From Nageia nagi (taxonomy: Eukaryota > Plantae > Pinophyta), in NCBI GenBank assembly GCA_050084985.1, contig JBITNC010000001.1:134168001-134232000 (forward strand): a DNA stretch of 64,000 nucleotides, written 5' to 3'. The notes under the pieces were generated by a model. The model did not search any database. It was not told the DNA's origin and saw nothing but the letters and a program-made list of their open reading frames with translations. How positions within the stretch are numbered: position 1 is the stretch's first letter; each line of letters starts with the position of its first letter. This document shows positions 54,100 through 64,000 of the stretch, piece by piece. The position numbers and the translations under genes are program-made.

Positions 54100-57000
54100 G
54101 TGTTTTCTCATGCTTACAAGTTTAGAAATAGAAAACACACAACATAGCCTCAAAGAATGGAAATATCCATGAACTCCATGAGATGAATCAAATACTTTAT
54201 GTATTACTTCAAATACATGTTACAAACTTTATCTAATGGACTATTGCATACTTTAGACCTTCATGTATAAAAAAATAATGGTTCAATGTAACAAAGACAC
54301 CCATCACTACCATGCACAACACAAAGTGCAATGGTATTCATAAGAGTAAGTGGTATCACTAGCACTCATGGGTCTGCTTATGGAAAAGAAAAAAAATTAG
54401 GATTCTATGAATGTCAACTAAGTACACTTTCTTCTCTACAATGCAACAAGTGGAGGAGCCTAAGGCATCAGTGAGTTACAATAATAATAACATGATATTA
54501 TAGTAACTAAGCTAATAATGAATGAATACAAATCAACCATATATTGATCAAGAAACTCCACAAGATGAGTAGAGGCTTATTGAAGAATCTTGCATGGAAT
54601 TTTTATATGAGTAAAGATGTTATAGAATAGTACTACAAGTGTGGAGTATTGCTGTAGCTAAGGGATGACACACCATGCTCATCTATGCTGAAAAAATCTA
54701 TCTAGTAGGTTTGATGTAGATTTCCTTGAGAATGTTGTTGTGGGAAGGAGTAAAAGAATACATAAATATCTTACCAAAAACATTGCAATTTGAAATCGAG
54801 GGGGTTCCTACCAAGGAATATGCAACCCACTTTATAAATTTTTTTCATCAAATGACAAATTTATTTTTGTTCTAAATAAATATTTGAAACATAACAATTT
54901 ATTGAAGAAATAAATTCTTTTAATATCCCCCTTAATTTGAAAATGTTTATACTCCATAGGTGAATAAGTATTGTTTTAGTGCAACTAAAAGCACCCAACA
55001 TAGTTGGTTTTAATGCATTTGAAGGTATCCAATAGTATCTTACTATCTTTATAACAAGTGTTGGATCAGTGCATCTATAGGAAACCCAACATGGCTTGTT
55101 CTAGTGTTGTTGATGGCTCTTGATAAAGGTGGCTCTCTTGATGAAAAGTGTTTCTCTAGCACATCTAAAGCAACCAACATGGCTAGTTTAATACATTCAA
55201 GGCACTCGACTAAAGCTAGTATTTCTCATTTGATGATAAGTATTGGTTTAGTGATACTAAAGCACCCAACATGGTCAAATAAGTGTAATCAAGTTACCCA
55301 ACATAAGCTCACACTCCATTTATGATCCAAAGTGTTGTATCATTGCATGTCAAGGCACCCAACATAGCCTAATAAGTGCAATCAAGGCACACAATAGGAG
55401 GTAAACAATGCAAATGTTATGAATGGCATAAGTGGAGTACGTACAAGAGGGAAATAACATGAGCATCATGTCAATTATGTACAAGGAGAAGCTGAGCTAG
55501 TTTGAATATGATATTACTCCTCCTCAATATCATCATGTCACGAAAATAGGATCATTAAACCCATATAGATTGAACTAGCTCCAACACCAAGTTAAAATAT
55601 GAAGGTTTTTTAAATTGTAAAGATGATAAATACATGTAGTAGATTTCAAATATATACCAAATGAAGAAAATAAGTTCACCAACAACTAATTTATGAAGTC
55701 CCTTAGATATTACCAAACTTTGGTACCAACCTGCAATTCACCAAACTAAAGGATTTTGAAATTCTTGGAGATGAAAAGAAGTCTAAAATTTTATAGATTT
55801 TGATAAAGATCAAACTTATTCAGAATATGAATTTTTCTCTACATATACAAATAGATCATTAATACATTTCTAATGAGTATTTACATTGCTAAAATGAACT
55901 TCTAAATCTTATGGAGCATCAATTTGAAGTTACTAGACTTAAAAACCACTTTCTTAGATTTGAAACAACTTTGTCGAGCCCAAAAAATAGTGCAAAATAT
56001 GAAACTCATAGAGTCCAAACATTTTTCATTAAGCTATAACTTTTCCAAATAATGTTAAAGTTAAAAAATTGAATATTATTATACTTTTTTTGAGTCTGAG
56101 TGGCTTGAACTCTACTAAATTATGAAAAAATTCAAAATTTTAAGAAGAAAATTTTGGGAAAATTGACATGTTTACTAGGCTAGTTTTGAAGGGATGTAAC
56201 TTGATCAAATATAAATAAAAATTAGTACTATAACCTATAAAAATTATCAGCATGGAATTATCTATCTAATTATGAATATCCAAGAAAATTTGAAGAAGAA
56301 TAGAAGGGTCATGAGTAAGATTACGAAAATGTAGGTCCAAATATTATGGTTTTTGAGTGTATTTCATCTACAAAGTATTGCATGTTATATATGGATGGAA
56401 AGGTATTAAAAACATGATTCTAAAACAAAAGAAATCAATTAGTCCTTTATAAAAGTAGTTTTGAATAACCATGAATAACTCTAAATCCATTGCTCAAAAT
56501 GGGAAACAAACAAGTACCCACATAGTTAAAATGATCCCAAATGGCTAACTATTGCCATAGAATAAACTTATATAATTTGTATGAAGATACAAAAATATTT
56601 TCTCATGTTTACAAGTTTGGAAATAGAAACTATTTCACATAGCCTAAATAATGGAAAACTCCATGAATAGAATACATCGGATGAATCAAATACTTTATGT
56701 ATTGATTCAAATAATTGTTAGAAACTTCATCTAATGGAATATTACATGCTTTAGACCTTCATATACAAAAATATTATGGTTCAATGTAACATATATACCC
56801 ATAAATTACATGAAAAAAACTAAGTAAAATGGCCTTCATAGGAGTAAGTGGTGCCACCAACACTCACAGGTCTACTTATGGATAAGGTAGACAATCGAGC
56901 TTCTATGACTCTTAACTAAGTACATTTTACTCTCTATAATGCAATAAGTAGAGGATGTTAAGGTAATAATTAGTTACAATAGGAGAAATATGGAACTATA

Positions 57001-58574
57001 TCAACCAAGCCAACAATGATTGAATACAAATCAACCATATATAGATTAGGAAACTCCACAAAATGAGTAGAGGAATGTTGAAGAAGTTTACATGTACTTG
57101 TTGGAGGAGTAAAGGTGTTGTAGAATACTATTATTGGTTTGGAGTGTTACAGTAGGTAAGGGATAATATATAATGCTTATCCATACTAAATAAATATGTC
57201 CTCTAAGTTTGATGTATATTTCTTTTGAGAATGTTATTGCAGGGAGGAGTACAAGAAAATATAAATATCTCACCAAATACATTACAATTTGAAATGAAGG
57301 GGGTGTGCACCAAGGAATATGCACCCCACTTTAATGTTTTCCACTAAATTATATATTTATATTTTTCTAAATAAGTATTTGAGATATTATAATTTATTGA
57401 AGAAAGAAATTCAATCTTCCCATTAATGTGAAAGTATTTATACTCCACAACTACATAAGTGTTGGTTCAATGCAACTAAAGGAACCCAAAATAGTTGGTT
57501 CTAGTGCATTTGAAGGAACCTAGTAGTATTTTTCTCTCCTTATAACAAGTCATAGATAAATGCATCAACATGGCACCCAAGATGATCGGTTCCAATGCCC
57601 CTAATGGCACTTGAAAAAGGTATTTCTTCTAATGATAAGTATTGATCCAGTGCATCTAAAGCATCCAAAATGGATAGTTTAGTGCAATCAAGGTAACTTG
57701 ATGAATCTCACATTACTTATTTGAATATAAGTATTATTTTAGTACTACTAAAGCACCAACATGGCTGAATTAGTGCAATCAAAGCACTAAAAACAACCTA
57801 ATCAATGCAATCAAGGTACCTAATAGGGGGCAAATGGTGTGAATGATATGAATGGCATAATCAAAGTGCATACAAGAGGGAAATAACATGATCATCATAT
57901 TTAATATGTACAAGAAGAATTCAAGCTTATTTAAAGATGATATTACTCCCCCTTAATATCATCATGCCATCAAAACATAATCATTAAACCCATCTGGATT
58001 CAACTAGCTCTGATACCAAACTTAAATTTGAAGGTTTTTTGAACTCCAAGGATGAAAAATATATGTAACAAATATAAGATATTATACCAAATAAAAAAAA
58101 TAGGTTCACCAACCACTAGTTGATGAACTACCTCAGATGCTAGCAAACTTCGATACCAAATTTTAGTTCACCAAACTAAGGGATTTTGAAACTCTAAAAA
58201 AATAATAAGAAGCTTAAAACTTTTAGAGGTTTCGAGATAGATAAACTTTTTTAAAATATAAATTTTCCTCATATATGTAAATATATAATTAATACCTTTA
58301 CAATGAGTATTTACATGGGTCAGTTTGAAGTTACTTAACTCAAAAACTACTTTTCTTGACTCAAACAACTTTATCGGGCCCAAAAATAGTGCAAAATATG
58401 AAAGTACCAAAGTTTGCACATTTTGAATCAACTAAAACTTTCTTGAATTATGATAAAGTAAAAACAGTAAAGATTTACATAATTTTTTGAGGTTTGGATG
58501 GCTTGAACTCTTCCAAATTGCAAGAAAGTTTAAAATTCTAGGAAAGATGAAATTTTTGGGAAAATTGATTGGTT
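54100..58574. repeat. Old direct duplication, period ~2.4-2.5 kb (second copy cut by D)
   Basis: TCTCATG.TTACAAGTTT.GAAATAGAAA at 54106 and 56601; collinear up to GGGAAAATTGA at ~56156 and ~58558. Confidence 0.9.
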
Positions 58575-59226
58575 TGTTAAAATTTGTAATGCATTATTAT
58601 GTAAATAGCTTAGGTGTATTGTTTTTAATTAATTAAAAACTAAAGAAACATACACAATACTTAAGTTAGAAAGAAAATATTTTGTAATATGGAATAATCC
58701 ATTTATTATGTGGATTATCAATGTATGCAAATGTAGAGCCTCATATATTTTATATTAGGGGTATATCCATATATGTATGTTGTCCCATATACTTAAAATA
58801 TAAGTATGTGCATATGTAATATATATGGGTAAAAAGCCTTCCAACTACCATTTTCACCTAATTTGAATCCTATGGACAATGGTATTCTCCTTGTGTAAAA
58901 TGGTATACCAAAGTAGGATTTGAGCCTATAAAAGGAAGGCTAGGCTTATTGTAAAAGTCACTTTTGTAGAAGCATTGTTATGCTATTAGTTTAGATATAT
59001 AAGGATCAAATATTTTTAAGAGAGATTTTTTCTTGAGAAGTAATATACTTAGATTCAAGTGGATGTACTCTCTTAGAGAGGAACCACTATATTTCTTGTG
59101 TGTTAATTTGCGATATTGCTTATTATTATGTCCTTTGGGAGATTATTATCTTTGAGAGATATTAAGTGTTAATTTGTTGGATATTGGTACAAGAGATCTT
59201 GATTGTGGAATTCTACAATTCCTTCA
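58575..59226 (+). repeat. 5' LTR of D
   Basis: TGTTAAAATTTGTAATGCATTATT...CCTTCA; TATAAAA at ~58927; GTGGATGTACTC motif. Confidence 0.9.
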
Positions 59227-59228
59227 AG

Positions 59229-59241
59229 TGGTATCAAAGCC
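59229..59241 (+). promoter_or_regulatory. Primer-binding site (tRNA-iMet)
   Basis: TGGTATCAAAGCC, one mismatch from TGGTATCAGAGCC. Confidence 0.9.
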
Positions 59242-61167
59242 TCCTTGTGATCATCTTCTTCAAATTCTAGCTCTATCATCTTGAGTTAACCCTCATTAAA
59301 AGTATATCTAACCTTAATCATTTTCAATTTTTAAGTTAGATCAAACATATTTTTCTATGGTTAAACTCTAAGATATTGTGAAAATTAGTGTATCTAATTT
59401 TTGTTCATAGTTAAATCTAATTCTTTTGAATAATTATATTTTAAAAACTATGCTAAAGATCCCTTTATAGTTGCATTTTTTGTTAAATACAAAATGAGAT
59501 TATACATGTTGTGTTTACATTTAATACTTCATTATTGCAAATTTACAAAAATCTAATGTGATTTTTTATAATTTTTTATGAAGTAATTTTTTTTTATCAC
59601 TTAAAATAATAATATTGTAATATTATTACAAAAAGTAGGGTTACAATTTTTTTTTTGTAAATAAAAGGTACAAAAATTTGTAAAGTTTTTTTAATATAAA
59701 AAAATCAAAGTTAAAAATTCTATTTTTTATATAGAATTTAATTTTTATATTTAAAAAAAAAAATAAAATAGAATTCTATAATTTTATTTTTTATTTAAAC
59801 AAAATTTTAAAAAAATTAGAAAGATTTGGCCATGCACAAGCCAAGCCGCACCAACCATGCACACCCCAAATGGGTGGCATAGGCTACATGTGACCCAAAG
59901 GGGTCGCACTAGTTGTATGCACCCCAAAGGGGTGGTGTAGGATGCACTAGTTGTACACCTCAAAGGGGCATTACTGGCCAAGATGCATTGATTACACATC
60001 TAAAGGGGCAACATTAGCTAGGTTATTAGTTACGCATCCCAAATGGGTTGTGTTGACCACATCATCTACATGCTCCAAAAAGGGTGTTGCATAGGTCATG
60101 CATCATGCAGAACCCCCAACAAGTGGTGTGAGCCATCACAGCCATGCAAAAAACTAAAGGGTGATGCAAGCCATCTATAACATCTTTTAGGGCAATGTTC
60201 AACTTAAGGGAGTGATCCAAATCATGGGGGTATTTGTTTTGATAAAATATTAATTTTTTTTAAGGTAATATAAATTTTTGTGAAAAATTTCATGATATAA
60301 AGGAAGAGTAATGAATTACATTTATTATTCTTATATCATAAAATTATATGAGTGCTCAATTTTTTTCATTCCTTTTAATGGAAGAGAATTTAAATATATG
60401 TCATTTTTTCTAAAAATATCCAATAAAACTTTCACCTTTGTCAAAAAGAGATGGGCATAGCATAAAATATTAATGAATACCCATCTCTATTTATTTATGA
60501 CATCTGGGTTTTAATCATGGGAACTTTATAAAGTATGGTTGGAAAACATTTATTATATTTTTAAGAAACTTTAACTCAAGTGGGTATCCTATGCTAAGTG
60601 TTATAAAAATCTTGATTTAAATATTTTTTATCAACTATTGCAAATATAGTAATTTTTAAGTAATCTATGTTTTTGCTTTTCATTAAGTTGGTAAATATGT
60701 ATTTTTTTCCTTGGATAGATAACTTAACCCATTGGAAAAATTATAATGGAAATTCTAAATTTTGTATACATTTTACAAATTAAAAGATTATGATGATATA
60801 ATATTATGGTAATTTTCTTGTTCATATTTTTTTAATGCAACATTTTTTGCAAATTATTATAAATTTTAAAACCTTGCAATAGTTGACACATTTAGATAAA
60901 TTTTTAAGAAATGGAAAAATTTTGAAGGCATAACTTTATCTTTTTGGCAATATATAATTATATCAAATATATTGTAAACTATTTTTTTGCAAAAGTTTAA
61001 GATTAATATTTTACAAAATGGTAAATATTTAACCTTCTATGATGTCATCTTTATGGGATGTACATATGTTCATATACTTGATAAATATTTACCTTTGATA
61101 AAGGTATTAATTTTTGATAAAATTATTCTAACCCTATCTTTGCAATTGCAAATAGGATCATTCCTTA

Positions 61168-61410
61168 ATATCTTCTAAGAATAGGAAAATAAGGCATCCT
61201 ATTATGAGAATGAAGGCAATCAAGAAAAGGAAGGATCAACTTTGGAAGAAGGCAAAGAAGAGGGAAGAAGAACTCAAGTCAAAGAAATAGTCAATAATTG
61301 CAAAGCAAATAAACAATACTATGATATTTCTTCATAATCATCACACAACTCAGCTAAATGATTTGATGGTCATAGATATGGTTTATCATCTAGAGTTGTA
61401 CTTTCCTTAA
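61168..61410 (+). pseudogene. Decayed homologue of the leader small ORF
   Basis: ISSKNRKIRHPIMRMKAIKKRKDQLWKKAKKREEELKSKK*SIIAKQINN...LELYFP*; no frameshift; ATA where B has ATG and TAG where B has TGG. Confidence 0.75.
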
Positions 61411-62289
61411 GTTATTTTGTGTGTGTTACCTCTTGAGATAGGACTCATGTTACATCATGTTCTACTATCCTTTAGAGCTTTCTATGTAAACTAACCACTA
61501 ACCAAGGAAACTATTAACCCTTTATATTGTGGTTGTTCCTTTTTAGTGTCTAATACAATAGATATATGCTTAAACTTAAGATAACATGCACTAACCAACA
61601 ATTGTAGATTAGATGAACCTATAATTAAGTTGATTTGTGTAAGTACAAGCTATTAACACAATGAACAAACAAAGTTACTAACTTACAAACTTCAAATTGC
61701 AAGTTATAACTTATTTTTAGTTGCACCAAGTTATACAAACCTTATAAGTGCAACACACAATAAACAAGTTGATCAATTTATTTTACAAATTGATTCAATT
61801 TAATATGCTTTTGTGTTGATTGGAAAATTTGATTGGTTAACAACTTGATCAACTTGCATCTTTTAAATAATGGGGACTTTTGAGAAAATTGGGATATGCA
61901 CATTGTTTAAAATTAAAGGCTTATGAAATTTTTTTGATTGTATGCTTGGGTATGTATATTGTTTGAAATTATGCACATGATTAATGTTCTTGGTTGGATA
62001 AAAATTTAATGTTCTTGTATATGCATGGAAATTTGTGTAAACTTTATACACAATCCTTATTAGTTGCATTATTATGCTTTGAGCTATATTGCAAAAGGAA
62101 TATTATAGATGTGCATTGTATTATTCATTGATATCTTTAAATTGTGTATATATATACATATTTGTTATTTGATATCATTGGTTAAAATGGAAATGTTTAT
62201 AACTTCCAAAATAATTTTTTATGAAAATCATTTAAAATAAAAATTTGAGTAAACTTTCTTCAAACTTTACTATTTTTCTATCCTAGGTT

Positions 62290-62825
62290 TGATGCAAAAC
62301 TTTTGTGGACATATTCTTGTTGAGTGGAAAGTTTTAAACTTTCTTCAAACTTGAATGGTGGTGCTCATTTATCCAAATTTTTTGGTTTTTGCACATTGGT
62401 TGATATTCTTATTGAAGTGGAAAGTTTGTGGACTTTCTTCAAATTTAAATGGTTGTGCACATATTTTTTATTGATTGGAGAGAAAATTGATCCTAAGGTT
62501 TGTGTACATTAATTTATTAGAGTGAAAAGTTTGTGAAATTTCTCCAAATTTAAATGGTTGTGCACATTGATTGATTAGAGTGGAAATTTTGTGAACTTTC
62601 TCCAAATTTAAATGGTTGTGCATATTTTTGATTGATAGGATAGAAAATTGATCCAGAATTTTTAATTTGTGCACATTGGTTGATATTCTTATTGATGTGA
62701 AAGGTTTGTGAAATTTATCAAAATTTGAATGGTTTTACACATATTTTTGATTGATTGGATAGAAAATTGATCCTCAATTTTTGATTTGTGCACATTGGTT
62801 GATATCCTTATTGGAATGGAAAGTT
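62290..62825 (+). repeat. Degenerate tandem repeats in D where gag-pol would be
   Basis: Recurring CAAATTTAAATGGTTGTGCACAT / GCACATTGGTTGATATTCTTATTG / AGAAAATTGATCC blocks. Confidence 0.8.
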
Positions 62826-63407
62826 AATACACATTCAAGTTATTGAGGATATTGTTTGATCATAAATCACCATTGAGTAGTGTGATAATGAATTTCATTT
62901 GGTTTTTATTAGTGTGAATATATTCTTTCTTAAACACCATTAATGTACATGGAGAAGTATTGCTTTATTAAGTAACCTTGTTGATTGCTTTTGCTTTGAA
63001 AAGGAAGTATATGAGTACCCTTTGGGAAGTGTTCATTCCTTCAGTTGTTAATGAAGTTACTATTAAGGGGGAGTATTATTAACTTCATAATAAATTATAT
63101 TTAAAAAATAAAATTCAAGAATATTTTATCAAGGAGTAAATTTTAGATGGGACTTTATGTTTATTTGTCCATCAAAATAAAACATTATTGATATTTTTCA
63201 CCTAAATCCTAATTTCTTGGATTGGTAAAGTTATCCTCAAGAAGGATTGAAATATGAATTCTTTTCATAATTACTTAATTATTAGGAGGGTTATTGTATA
63301 ATGGATATAAAAAGTGGCTATAAGTATTGGCTTGGCATCTCTATGATGACTTATAGTATACTACTTACTTCCATCCATATTGATGGATTATTTGCAAGAT
63401 GTAGTAG

Positions 63408-63760
63408 ATGGATTGGTTAAAAAGGTTTTCCCTTCTCCATGAATATAAATTAATGGAGTGGTTAAAAAGGTTTTCCCTTTTCTAAAAGTACAAACTATTG
63501 GAGTGATTAAAAAGGTTCACCTTTCTCCAAAACATCAAACTATTGGAGTGGTTAAGGTTCACCCATCTTCAAATTTGCAAATTGATAGAATGGTTAAAAA
63601 GGTTTATCCTTCTCCAAAATACAAAACTATTAGAGTGGTTAAATAGGTTTTCCCTTCTCTAAAGTTACAAATTGATGGAGTGGTTAAATAGTTTCACCCT
63701 TATCCATGATTACAAATTGTTGGAGTGGTTAAAAATGTTTTCCCTTTTCTAAAATTGCAA
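63408..63760 (+). repeat. ~46-47 bp minisatellite (7-8 copies) in 3' region of D
   Basis: Unit TGGAGTGGTTAAAAAGGTTTTCCCTTCTCCA...; same family as 40230-40614. Confidence 0.92.
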
Positions 63761-64000
63761 TTTTTGATTTATGTCATACTAATTCCTTTTTTTTGGGAAG
63801 CTTTTCTATCATGAATTAATATTGTTGAGAAATTGAAACATGTTATTCAATTTGACACCTTGTGGCTTGTACATCTTCACTAGGTGTTATTTTTAGTCTA
63901 TGGCTCATAAATATTAACTAAGTGTTATATTCAAGTTGGCATATGTGGCCTATGGTTCATAAATCTTGACTATGTGGTATATTCACATTGACATTTGTGG

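Larger units (their letters stand above)
58575..64000 (+). mobile_element. Non-autonomous copia derivative D (continues beyond window)
   Basis: 5' LTR, PBS, leader homologous to B and C, RNase H tail only (~63110-63215), then 3' UTR motifs and minisatellite. Confidence 0.87.

Overview
Very AT-rich, CpG-depleted eukaryotic (plant, probably gymnosperm-type) repeat landscape made almost entirely of nested, decayed LTR retrotransposons. No intact host gene, RNA gene or CRISPR array is visible. Left to right: a Ty1/copia remnant (A, 212-~4873); a Ty3/gypsy Tat-type pol fragment with its extra RNase H between protease and RT (~4890-8397); and a minus-strand LTR element without gag-pol (T, 8398-38318). 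Inserted in T is a full-length copia element (B, 9159-35601, TSD TAGAA) whose 5' leader has expanded into 12 near-identical ~1.6 kb tandem units (10355-29597) and whose RNase H carries a solo LTR (TSD AATAT). Further right are two gag-pol-deleted relatives of B (C, 38806-51121 minus; D, 58575 to window end plus) and an old ~2.5 kb duplication. The most notable signal is an 83-aa basic ORF behind a splice-acceptor-like motif in the copia leader. It is amplified 12-fold in B (8 copies intact), conserved at protein level in D and weakly in C, and the GC-rich part of the same leader has kept its CpGs while related DNA has lost them. Alignments and translations were done by eye; boundaries marked ~ are approximate.
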